From Archangium sp. (GTDB taxonomy: Bacteria > Myxococcota > Myxococcia > Myxococcales > Myxococcaceae), in the NCBI GenBank assembly GCA_031367385.1, contig JANLPS010000358.1, positions 1 through 64,000 on the forward strand: a stretch of DNA of 64,000 bases, in the 5' to 3' direction. This document shows, in pieces, positions 10,021 through 18,555 of the stretch. Position 1 is the stretch's first letter; each line of letters begins with the position of its first letter. The notes below the pieces were generated by a model that worked only from the letters and a program-made list of their open reading frames with translations, ran no database searches and was not told where the DNA came from. A program made the position numbers and the translations under genes.

Positions 10021-10896
10021 ATGTTCAAGAGCGTCAGCGCCGTTCGGTTCATGAAAGAGCTCTTCGGCGAGATTCGCGACGACGACATCTTCAACGGCGC
10101 CGCCGCCCTCGGGTTCTATCTGACGCTGGCAATCTTCCCCGCGATGATCTTCGTGATGGCCGTCATACCGTATCTGCCAATCTCGAACGTCGATCAGGCC
10201 ATCATTGATTTTCTTCGCCAGGCACTGCCCGCGAGCGCCTCGGAAATGTTCGCAGCGGTCGTGCACCAGATCACCACTGAGCGGCGAGGCGGGCTGCTGT
10301 CGTTCGGCCTCGTGGCTGCGCTCTGGGCAACGTCGACGGGCATGTACGCGATCATGCAGCAGCTCAACATCGCCTACGACGTCAAAGACGGGCGCGGTTT
10401 TTTCCGTGCGCGCCTCACGGCCATGGGGCTGAGCATTCTCTTTGCGGTGCTGGTGCTGGGCGGTTTCACGCTGATCGTGCTCGGCGGCGAAATTCAGGGC
10501 TGGCTTGGGTCGAAGTTCGGGCTGAGCACCGCCCTGCTCACCTTCTTCGTCGTCTTTCGGTGGGTCGTCATCGTGCTCGGGTTGTTGCTGGGCTTCGCTC
10601 TCATCTACTACCTTGCCCCAAATACCAAGCAGCGCTTCAGGCTGGTGTCGATCGGCGCGGTGGTCGGAGTCGTGCTGCTGATGCTCGCCTCGCTCGCCTT
10701 CGCTTGGTACGCGCAGCGCTTCGCCAACTACGACGCTACCTACGGGAGCATCGGCGCCGTCATCGCGCTGATGATGTGGCTCTACATCTCCGGGCTGGCG
10801 ATTCTGATCGGCGCCGAGATCAACGCCCTGATCGAGCTCCGGGCCAACGGGGTTTCAGGTTCCTCGGCGGCGGGTTCGGCCCCTGCGGCACCGTGA
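10021..10896 (+). CDS. YihY/virulence factor BrkB-family membrane protein
   Basis: AAALGFYLTLAIFP, LNIAYDV, YDATYGSIGAVIALMMWLY...GAEIN. Confidence 0.92.
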   Translation: MFKSVSAVRFMKELFGEIRDDDIFNGAAALGFYLTLAIFPAMIFVMAVIPYLPISNVDQAIIDFLRQALPASASEMFAAVVHQITTERRGGLLSFGLVAALWATSTGMYAIMQQLNIAYDVKDGRGFFRARLTAMGLSILFAVLVLGGFTLIVLGGEIQGWLGSKFGLSTALLTFFVVFRWVVIVLGLLLGFALIYYLAPNTKQRFRLVSIGAVVGVVLLMLASLAFAWYAQRFANYDATYGSIGAVIALMMWLYISGLAILIGAEINALIELRANGVSGSSAAGSAPAAP

Positions 10897-10913
10897 AGCG
10901 AAAAGAGTCGGGC

Positions 10914-12239
10914 TCAGGGGCCCGTCACCAGCGACGAGATGTGAATCTTGACCAGCGGGTGATCGGCTTCGCTGTAGACGATCTTCGATTCACCACCGAT
11001 TTCGCTGCGCACGATGACGTCGGTGAAAGAGCCGTTCAGCGTGGCGAAGGAGAAGAGGCGCTGGCTCGAGTCGAGCCGAAGGCTGCTTTGGTACGTGAGC
11101 CCACTTGGCGCGGCCGGGTACTCCGCGACCACCTCCGAGATGCCCGAGGTGAATGAGGCGCGGTAGAGTGAAAACACGCTCCTGTCGTTGACGTAGTAAA
11201 ACCCGTCAGGCGGCGCCCATCGAATGGCCACCGGTGGCACGGGCGTCAAGCCCTTGAGCACGACAGACGCTCCGGTCTTGTAGTTGACGATTTGCCTCTC
11301 GGTGAGCAACCACCCGGCACCGCCCACCGCGATGACCGGTGCGCCGGCCATGCCGTCGTACACGACCGCCCCAGTGGCATCTCGCAGCTTGCCGAAGCTC
11401 TGGTTGCACTGGTGCAACACTTCACCTTCGGCCGTGACGCGAAACCAGGCCAACCGCTCGTTCGCCCCGGGGCACGGCGTTGGCAACACGGTGTCATTGG
11501 CGAGCACGTTCGCCGGGTACGCGGTGCTCGCGCTCGAGTACGAGCAGTCGTCGCAGTGGTACTCGCGCAGCTTGTCTTCGAAGGTGTTGGTGTAGATCAG
11601 CCGACCATCGGTGGGCCGAATCACCGCGCTCGTCTCGTCGGCGTAGCAGTCGAAGCCGACCGAGGCGACGTTGGGGCTCGACCAGTGCGCGAGCGCGTCT
11701 CGGTAGCAGGCTCCTTCTGACAAGGTGCCCATGAGGTACACCTCGCCTGGGTCGAGCACCTGCAGGCTCCCTGCGTCGATGGGTGGCCGGCCCGCGTCAA
11801 CGCCCGTGACGACGCCGCCGTCAACTCGAGGCACGCCCGAATCGAGGCCTGCATCGACTGGGAGCTGTACGGCCACGATGGTGATCGCCAGCGCGACGGG
11901 GTCGCTGACGCGGGTGCCGGCCGAGACGACGAGCTGGCACTCCCAGAAGCCGATCAGGTCTGGCGTGAGCACGGGTTTGCCCGACGTCGGTGAGTCGAAC
12001 GCCGCGGCGCTCCCAGTGGGGCGTTGGGTGATGAGCCATGCGTAGGTCACGTTGGCGCCGAGCGGGTCGTAGCTCGACTCGCCGTTGAGCGTGAGCGCGG
12101 CTCCCACGGGCGACGTGATGGTGGCCGGAGTGATCACCGCCACCGGGCGCTGACTCAACACCGAGGCGTCTTCGAGGCGCGACCGGCCGCACGAGAGGGC
12201 CACGACACTCAGGGCGAAGACGGTGAAAACTCGGGGCAT
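10914..12239 (-). CDS. Lipoprotein with PKD/Ig-like domain, DAG linker and C-terminal domain of unknown function
   Basis: Lipobox ALSC, PKD-like LNGESSYDPLGANVTYAW, and linker VDAGLDSG...VDGG...VDAG...IDAG. Start may be 12257 or 12239. Confidence 0.75.
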   Translation of the reverse strand: MPRVFTVFALSVVALSCGRSRLEDASVLSQRPVAVITPATITSPVGAALTLNGESSYDPLGANVTYAWLITQRPTGSAAAFDSPTSGKPVLTPDLIGFWECQLVVSAGTRVSDPVALAITIVAVQLPVDAGLDSGVPRVDGGVVTGVDAGRPPIDAGSLQVLDPGEVYLMGTLSEGACYRDALAHWSSPNVASVGFDCYADETSAVIRPTDGRLIYTNTFEDKLREYHCDDCSYSSASTAYPANVLANDTVLPTPCPGANERLAWFRVTAEGEVLHQCNQSFGKLRDATGAVVYDGMAGAPVIAVGGAGWLLTERQIVNYKTGASVVLKGLTPVPPVAIRWAPPDGFYYVNDRSVFSLYRASFTSGISEVVAEYPAAPSGLTYQSSLRLDSSQRLFSFATLNGSFTDVIVRSEIGGESKIVYSEADHPLVKIHISSLVTGP

Positions 12240-12306
12240 GATGGTCTGTACCGCCATTTCGGCCCCGGTCCAACGCGGCTGCAGTCAGCGCCGCTCGCGC
12301 AAACCT

Positions 12307-12364
12307 CAGTTTCAGATTTTACAAACTGTCAGTTTCAGATTTTACAAACTGACAGTTTCAGATT
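12307..12364. repeat. AT-rich 23-bp tandem repeat (2.5 copies) with internal inverted repeat; candidate operator
   Basis: CAGTTTCAGATTTTACAAACTG(T/A) at 12307-12329 and 12330-12352, partial copy at 12353-12364. It lies between divergent genes. Confidence 0.85.
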
Positions 12365-12444
12365 GCCCAAATCGCCAGTGTCATCGCCCGGTTGCGCAGC
12401 CCCTGGCTGGATTTTCGCGGTGCATCGGGCGTTATAGTGCGCCC

Positions 12445-13065
12445 ATGGGCTTCTTCGACCCCCTCGTGAACCAGATGAAAACGCTCTCTCAATTCTCGCC
12501 GAAAAACCTCAATCGTCTGGCGCGCATGCAGCTTTCAGATCTGGTCGAGCGCGAGGCCGGTCGGGCCCACGCCAAAGTCGATGAGCTGCGTCAGCGCTTC
12601 CCCACCGCGGGAGATCGCGAGATTTCGCAGCGCTTCATCGACAGCAAGAAACAGGTCGCCAGCATGGTCGGAGGCATCAGCGGCGTCTTCGGCGTCGCCA
12701 CCGTGCCGCTCGACCTGGTCGGCATGGCGTACCTGCAAATCGCCTTGCTCGCCGAGGTGGGTACCGTGTTCAAAGCCGACCTCAAGAGCGAGCGCGGCCG
12801 CCAGGAGCTGCTCGAGCTGTTCGGCTACTCGAATGGCATCGGCCCCGTGCAGCGCGCGAGCCCGCGGGTGCTCGGCAGCCTTGCGGGCGTGCTGCTTCGA
12901 CGCGGAGGCCTCACGGTGCTGGGCCGGGCGATGCCGTTGGTGGCGGCGCCCATCTCGGCGTACCTCAACAACCAGCACATTCAGCACATCGGTGACGCGG
13001 CGGTTCGGCACTACGACGGCTGGGTGCACGCCGAGCAGAAAAAGAAAAAAGCCTCGGGCGAGTAA
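12445..13065 (+). CDS. EcsC-family protein
   Basis: A Gly-rich helix (GGISGVFGVATVPLDLVGMAYLQ) and MPLVAAPISAYLN...IGDAAVRHY match the EcsC pattern. ATG at 12445; the ORF-track extension runs through the non-coding repeat. Confidence 0.7.
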   Translation: MGFFDPLVNQMKTLSQFSPKNLNRLARMQLSDLVEREAGRAHAKVDELRQRFPTAGDREISQRFIDSKKQVASMVGGISGVFGVATVPLDLVGMAYLQIALLAEVGTVFKADLKSERGRQELLELFGYSNGIGPVQRASPRVLGSLAGVLLRRGGLTVLGRAMPLVAAPISAYLNNQHIQHIGDAAVRHYDGWVHAEQKKKKASGE

Positions 13066-13071
13066 CGCGCT

Positions 13072-14196
13072 TCAGCCGTTCGAGATCGGGTCTTGCGGCA
13101 GCGAGAACTCGACCACCTGATCAGCGAAGGTCATCTCGACCACCCGGCGCCAGTAGGCCATGCCCAACCGCAGCGCGTACGCCGAGCCGGTCGGCACTCG
13201 GCGAGTGACCGCATCGAGCCGCGAGACGATTCGGCGCAGCACCCTGGGCGCAAGCTCCCAGCCGGAGCGTGGAAAGCCGAGCGCGTCGGCGTAGCGCGGG
13301 CCAATCAGATACCGCGACACCGCGTAGCCGATGCTCACCGCGGCCGGAGGCGAGACGCCGCGGCGCGCTCCATCGAGGATCATCGCGTCGGCCAACCGCT
13401 TCGAGTCGGCGTCGGGCAACGCCTGCGTTTGCTCGAGCAGGCTCCACAGGCTGGCGCACTCGGCGGGCGTGGTGCAGAGCAGCTCATCATCGACGCCCAT
13501 CACCCGGCCCGTGTAGCGCCACAGGTGCACCACGCCGTCTTGCTCGGCTGGCGACGTCTCGACGCCGAGCGCCCCGAGGCCCTCGACGAAGATCGACGAG
13601 AACAGCAGCACGGTGCCCGCCATGTCGTATTGATTGATCGGAGCGCCCCACGCCTCGGCCTTCCACTCCGGGCTGCGATTGAGCGACTGGCGAATGCGCG
13701 AATGAATCAGCCGCACCCGCACCGCGGCTTGAAGGCCAGCGCCGCCCCACTGCATGCCGTTCGGGCTGCTGACCGCTTCGACGAAGGCGGCGGTCTCTGA
13801 AAGCCTTCGCTGCACATCACTCTGCAGCCGCCCCGACATCGCGAGCGGCTTGTTGCCCGCCGGGCTGCAGTACCCGAGCATCAGTGATTTGAAGCCGAGC
13901 ACGAAGCCGCTGATCAGACCTCCGCGCAGCACGACCGCGCCGCCGCGATTGGCCCGCTCGGGCTCGAACCAGAAGGGTACCTCGCGCAGCGACTCAGAGA
14001 GCCGGGTGGCGGCGGCCGACAGCCCAGCCACCGAGGGCGCGAAGAGCGCAGCAATCGCGTGCTCCTGCGCCGGTCGCGAGAGCCCGTCGAGCTGGGCCAC
14101 GAAGTCATCGGCCAGAGGGTCGACGCGCCCCAGAAAGTGGGCGAGGCGGGCGGCCCGGGGTGAGGCTTCGACTTGCAGAAATCGGGTGGGGGTCAC
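13072..14196 (-). CDS. Oxygenase MpaB/Lcp-like (DUF2236) family protein
   Basis: DPLAD, RRLSETAAFV, VRVRLIHSRIR, WGAPINQYDMAGT and HLWRYTGRVMGVD. Confidence 0.85.
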   Translation of the reverse strand: MTPTRFLQVEASPRAARLAHFLGRVDPLADDFVAQLDGLSRPAQEHAIAALFAPSVAGLSAAATRLSESLREVPFWFEPERANRGGAVVLRGGLISGFVLGFKSLMLGYCSPAGNKPLAMSGRLQSDVQRRLSETAAFVEAVSSPNGMQWGGAGLQAAVRVRLIHSRIRQSLNRSPEWKAEAWGAPINQYDMAGTVLLFSSIFVEGLGALGVETSPAEQDGVVHLWRYTGRVMGVDDELLCTTPAECASLWSLLEQTQALPDADSKRLADAMILDGARRGVSPPAAVSIGYAVSRYLIGPRYADALGFPRSGWELAPRVLRRIVSRLDAVTRRVPTGSAYALRLGMAYWRRVVEMTFADQVVEFSLPQDPISNG

Positions 14197-14260
14197 CCCG
14201 GCTTGCTAACCTTTGGCCCAGCGCGCTGCACGGCGTGCCCCGTCAGGGCGACAAGAAAGA

Positions 14261-15604
14261 CTACTGGCACTTCCCGGCGAGCCAGCTGCCGTCGTTCGAG
14301 TGCACGGTGGCCTTGGTGTAGATGTTCCAGAAGCCGAGCTGCACGCCGCCGGCGCAGGCATAGGCGAGCCAGCTGCCGCAACGAACGGCCTTGCCAGCGA
14401 GCACCAGGTTGTAGGTCGTGTCAGTCACTTCGACACACGCGCCGCCGTCGGGCTTGGTGCCCGCGTCGACCTGACCCGCATCGACCTGGCCCGCGTCAGG
14501 CTTGCCCGCATCGACCTGCCCGGCATCGACCTGGCCGGCGTCGGGCTTGCCCGCGTCGACCTGCCCCGCGTCAGGCTTGCCCGCATCGACGGTGCCACCA
14601 TCGGTCACCACGACACCGTTGGTCAGGCCGAAGAAGCGCGCGATGTAGAACGACGAGCAGACCCCGACGTTGAGCACGTACTGCGCTGCGCTGCCGCAGC
14701 CGTTGGCGCTGTCGATGGCGGTGCCGTGGTCCATACCGGTGACGCCCCAGGTCTCGACCAACGCGCGGCCGGCTGCGTCTTGGTACACGCGGCGAGTGGT
14801 CTTCGCGACGGCGGTGTCAGTCAGGTCGGCCGTCTCATCGATGCCTTGAACGTTCGCCCACTGGTGCAGGAGCTGCGTGGTGTTGTTCGGGTCGACCACG
14901 CTGTCGGCGGTGCCCTGCCAGATCGCCAGGCGGGGGTAGGTGCCGGTGTAGCCGGGGTTGGCCGCGCGAACGCGATCGCCCCACTCCTGCGCGCTCAAGC
15001 TCTTGCCCGGCTTCAGGCAGCCCGAGACTTCGTTGTACGTCGTGGTGCAGTTGTAGGGGATGCCGGCGACCGTCGCGCCAGCCGCGAAGACGTCGGGCCA
15101 GACCGCCAGCATCAACGAGGTCTGCGCGCCGCCACCCGAGAAGCCGGTGGCGAAGATGCGCGATGCATCGACCGAGTAGTCGGCCTTCATCTGGTCGACC
15201 ATCTCTTTGATCGACTCGTTCTCGCCCTGGCCGCGCTTGATGTTGGTCGGGTCGCCGTACTCGCCGCCCCAGTTGAAGCAGCGCAGCGAATTGTTGGTCG
15301 TCGTCTGCTCAGGGTAGATGACGTAGAACTTGTACTTCTCGGCCAGCTCGTTCCACCCGATTTTGGTGAAGTCGGCGGCGGTCTGGGTGCAGCCGTGCAT
15401 TGCCACCACGATCGCCGCGTTGGGCGGCATGTTCGCCGGCACGTACTTGAACATGTTCAACCCACCCGGGTTCGAACCGAACGAAGTGACCGCGGTCAGG
15501 CTCGAGGTGCTCGACGTGGTGGCCTCATCGAGCCCACCCAGATCGGCGCCAGGGCCGCACGCCACCAGCACCACCAGACAAGCCATCAGTGAAATGCGCT
15601 TCAT
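14261..15604 (-). CDS. phaZ: Extracellular poly(3-hydroxybutyrate) depolymerase-like lipoprotein
   Basis: FGSNPGGLNM, oxyanion region MHGCTQ, CFNW, lipase box GFSGG, WQGTADSVV and GMDH. C-terminal ~55-aa domain resembles PHB substrate-binding domains. Lipobox LVAC. Confidence 0.85.
   Translation of the reverse strand: MKRISLMACLVVLVACGPGADLGGLDEATTSSTSSLTAVTSFGSNPGGLNMFKYVPANMPPNAAIVVAMHGCTQTAADFTKIGWNELAEKYKFYVIYPEQTTTNNSLRCFNWGGEYGDPTNIKRGQGENESIKEMVDQMKADYSVDASRIFATGFSGGGAQTSLMLAVWPDVFAAGATVAGIPYNCTTTYNEVSGCLKPGKSLSAQEWGDRVRAANPGYTGTYPRLAIWQGTADSVVDPNNTTQLLHQWANVQGIDETADLTDTAVAKTTRRVYQDAAGRALVETWGVTGMDHGTAIDSANGCGSAAQYVLNVGVCSSFYIARFFGLTNGVVVTDGGTVDAGKPDAGQVDAGKPDAGQVDAGQVDAGKPDAGQVDAGQVDAGTKPDGGACVEVTDTTYNLVLAGKAVRCGSWLAYACAGGVQLGFWNIYTKATVHSNDGSWLAGKCQ
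14456..14590 (-). repeat. 15-bp coding tandem repeat (9 units) encoding [V/P]DAG[K/Q]
   Basis: VDAGKPDAGQVDAGKPDAGQVDAGQVDAGKPDAGQVDAGQVDAGT. Confidence 0.9.
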
Positions 15605-15710
15605 GAGGGTCACTCCAAAAGTGAGAGATAGGCGCACAGCGACCTGCGAGCCGCCCGCCTAACCCACTTCTGAAGAAATATGAATAGCCCCTCATGATGC
15701 GCTGCGTTGA

Positions 15711-16706
15711 TTACCAGAATCGGTATCTTCCCCAGCGAGGTCCACGGGTTGGAGTGCCCCCGGGCGGCTCTCTGGAGCGGAGAAATGCCCCCAGCGAACC
15801 CCAGGTCGCGTGCTCGGCGGCGTAGGTGTCGAAGCGCTCGCCGGTGATCTTGGTCGCTTCGAAGTGCACCTGCAGCTGGGGCCGGGTGAGCAGCTCACGC
15901 CAGCGCAAGGAGATCGGCACTTCGCCTTGCAGGGAGTCGACGGTGAGCTCGCGCAGCGCCGGCGCGTTCAACAGCGCCTCGAAATCGCCATCGCCCCAGA
16001 CGGTTGCGGGCAGCCTGAGGCGTTCGAGGTGCTCGAGCCCCGCGGCGCTGCGCTCGAGCACGCCGACGCGCAGGACCTGGTGGGTGAGAATGAGCTGGCG
16101 CAGCTGGGTCGGGCCGGCGCTCTTGACCTCTGAACCTGCGCCCATGCCGGTACCGCCCTGAAGCTCGAGGGCGCGAACGGTGCTGGCCCAAGGCAACGAG
16201 AGAATCAACGCCGGGTCGAACAGCTCGGCGTCGGTGACGAGGAGGGAGCTCACGGGGCTGCGCGGGCGCTCGGTGTGGTCGAGCAATGCACGGGCGGTGA
16301 CCGTGACGCCGGTGGGAAAACCGCGCTGCCAATGAACTTCGGTCGCTCCAGGCACGAGCTCGGCGGCCCACTGGGAGCGCTGGCCCTCGAGCTCGAGCAG
16401 ACGCTTGCGGTGAGCGATGATCTCGAGGTCGACACCGTTGGCGCTGCGGGTGCCGGCGAGCACGTCGTCAAGCAGCGCATGCAAGGGTGTTTCACGAAGG
16501 CCTCGGGCCCCACCGGCGAGGTTCCACGCCCAGGTCTCCCAGTTGACCTTGGCTTGCGAGACCTTGATCTCGAGGGCGATGTATTCACCGAAAGGCTCAC
16601 CGCGGGCCTGCAGCGCATCAGAGAGCACCAGCCGCGGCCCGTCGTCATCGGGGCTCGTCACCACCGCCTCGAGCAGCCGGCGCTCTTCGTCTGAGCTGAT
16701 CAGCAT
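15711..16706 (-). CDS. TIGR02996 (repeat-companion) domain protein with degenerate LRRs
   Basis: LLEAVVTSPDDDGPRLVLSDALQARGEPFGEYIAL, WQRGFP, and LxxLxL units. Confidence 0.8.
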   Translation of the reverse strand: MLISSDEERRLLEAVVTSPDDDGPRLVLSDALQARGEPFGEYIALEIKVSQAKVNWETWAWNLAGGARGLRETPLHALLDDVLAGTRSANGVDLEIIAHRKRLLELEGQRSQWAAELVPGATEVHWQRGFPTGVTVTARALLDHTERPRSPVSSLLVTDAELFDPALILSLPWASTVRALELQGGTGMGAGSEVKSAGPTQLRQLILTHQVLRVGVLERSAAGLEHLERLRLPATVWGDGDFEALLNAPALRELTVDSLQGEVPISLRWRELLTRPQLQVHFEATKITGERFDTYAAEHATWGSLGAFLRSREPPGGTPTRGPRWGRYRFW

Positions 16707-16759
16707 GCGGGGCAGGCCAGTTCGTTGCCTTTTGCACGAGGCTGCCCGAACATATCGCA

Positions 16760-17512
16760 ATGGCCATGGCCCCCTCGCCTCAACCCCAAGATAAAAAGAT
16801 CAGACACGGAAGAAAGTTTCGCAACTATCTGCTCAACGCACCGGTGCAGATGCGGTTCGCAAGCCGGCTGGTGGCGGTGACGGTGCTGGTCGCTGGGGCC
16901 CTGCTCGTCGGGCTGGCCTTCACCTCTCAGGCGCTCTTCAAGCAGATCTCCGCGAGCCTCGATGCCCAATCGATCACCGTGCTCACCAATCAAGAGCTCG
17001 AGATCTGCCGAACCAATGCCCAGCTCGCGCAGCCTTCGGCCCAAGCAAACCCCGACGAGTTGGTTCGCATTCAGCGCGAGTCGTACGAGCGGCACGCGAT
17101 CTTGGTCAAAGAGCAAGAGGCGACGATCGAGTTCGGCAAGAACGTGGGCCACGACCAGCAAATGTTGATCATCGAGATGATCACTTTGGTGGTCTGCTTC
17201 GTGGTCATCGTCACCCTGCTGAGCATCGTGTGGACGCACCGCATCGTCGGCCCGCTGTACCGGCTCAAACAGTTGATGCGCGACATCACCGAAGGCCACC
17301 CCCCGACCGGCCCGACAACATTGAGAGCAGGCGACGATTTGAAAGATGTGTTCGAGCAGTTCACCACGATGATGAAGGCGCTCGACGAGCGCAGCCGCGG
17401 TGATTTGCTCGAGTTGGAGGCCGCCAAGAAGGGCGACGCCGCCGCCTTGAGCCGAATCGAGGCTGGCCTGAAGCGACGTCTTGGGCTGCCCACCGGAGAC
17501 CACAGCGCGTGA
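16760..17512 (+). CDS. Two-TM HAMP-domain membrane protein
   Basis: RNYLL..Q.RF, two hydrophobic helices, then THRIVGPLYRLKQLMRDITEG...LRAGDDLKDV (HAMP). No output domain. Confidence 0.8.
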   Translation: MAMAPSPQPQDKKIRHGRKFRNYLLNAPVQMRFASRLVAVTVLVAGALLVGLAFTSQALFKQISASLDAQSITVLTNQELEICRTNAQLAQPSAQANPDELVRIQRESYERHAILVKEQEATIEFGKNVGHDQQMLIIEMITLVVCFVVIVTLLSIVWTHRIVGPLYRLKQLMRDITEGHPPTGPTTLRAGDDLKDVFEQFTTMMKALDERSRGDLLELEAAKKGDAAALSRIEAGLKRRLGLPTGDHSA

Positions 17513-18411
17513 GCGAGTGCCGCCGTCTCCCCGGGCGTCGCGCCCGATATTGGGTGGCGCTGGTTTGGGCCTGTGCTGGGTGTCTCAAACCCGACCCGGC
17601 CGCGGCCACAGCGAGCGACGCGGCGATCGAGGCACCCGCACCCGCCGCCTCAACCGTTGCGTTCGGCGCACAGCCGCCCCTTCGCACTTACCGCGAGCGG
17701 TGGGAGTCGCGGTTGACGCTCCCGGTGAGCAACACCCAAAGCGTGCTGACGCTCGAGCGAGGCTCGGCCCTCATCGACATCACCTTGGAGCCTCGCTCGG
17801 CCACCGTGCACTTCGAGCGGGTGGAGAAAGCCGAGGGCCCCCCTGACCGGGCCGTCACCGGAGTCGACCCGATCAGCGACCAGCGCTTCTCCATTTCTGG
17901 GGCTCAAGGTTTGCTCGCGACCACCGTGCTGCAGGGCAAGACTGTAGCGCCCGAGGCACCAGCCCGCCGCGCGCGCGAGCGGGTCTTCGACGCCTTTGAG
18001 CCTGACCCGTTCAGCCAAGGGCTCCACCAGGGGCCTGTCGCCGGGGGCCGCCCACGACCTGACCTCGCCACGGCCTTCGTTCATGGCTTCGCCGCTCGCG
18101 ATGCCGTGCGAGGAGGCCCCCCGTTACGCGCCCAGAGCGCCGCCCTGAGCCTGAAGGCTTTCAATGGCGACGTGGCCGTCTTCGACGTGAGCGCGGTCTT
18201 CACCAGCGCCGACCCCGCGATGACCATGCGCGCGACGCTCGAGGGAGAGCTCGTCGTCGACCAACGCTCAGGTCAACTGCTCCGCCAGAAGCTCTCGGGG
18301 CCCATCGAGCTTTCGGCCGCCGGCCAGACCAGCACGACCAGCGGCCAGTGGGCTGAAACCCTCAGCCGCGAACCCCTTGCCGAATCAGACCCGCATTCAC
18401 CCACACGATAA
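17509..18411 (+). CDS. Hypothetical lipoprotein
   Basis: GTGA overlap with upstream stop, lipobox-like CAGC, and a beta-rich mature region. Confidence 0.6.
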   Translation: MSECRRLPGRRARYWVALVWACAGCLKPDPAAATASDAAIEAPAPAASTVAFGAQPPLRTYRERWESRLTLPVSNTQSVLTLERGSALIDITLEPRSATVHFERVEKAEGPPDRAVTGVDPISDQRFSISGAQGLLATTVLQGKTVAPEAPARRARERVFDAFEPDPFSQGLHQGPVAGGRPRPDLATAFVHGFAARDAVRGGPPLRAQSAALSLKAFNGDVAVFDVSAVFTSADPAMTMRATLEGELVVDQRSGQLLRQKLSGPIELSAAGQTSTTSGQWAETLSREPLAESDPHSPTR

Positions 18412-18555
18412 TCGTATGCAAAAGATGCGTGGCTCAGTGGAGCATGCCTACTCCACTTTACTGCCGTCAAACCCTTGAATCTCGCTACTTCCACTGTGGG
18501 CTGAGTTTTGCCAAGGAGTGGGAAAGTGTGCACCAAAGTCTCCACTCGAGGTCTT

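Noticed and set aside
12307..12364. 23-bp direct repeats as a mini CRISPR array
   Set aside because: The repeats are directly adjacent with no spacers, and there are no cas genes in the window.
12223..12444. N-terminal extensions given by the ORF track (also 18508, 24582, 29319, 30611, 32511, 39203, 45288, 50499, 57749, 59347, 60840)
   Set aside because: Downstream starts fit better with RBSs, signal or prepilin peptides and stop/start overlaps. The extensions cross repeats or neighbouring genes.
18429..18447. Sigma-54 promoter upstream of pilY1 (TGGCTCAGTGGAGCA)
   Set aside because: GG-to-GC spacing is 9 rather than the required 10 nt, and the -12 element is poor.
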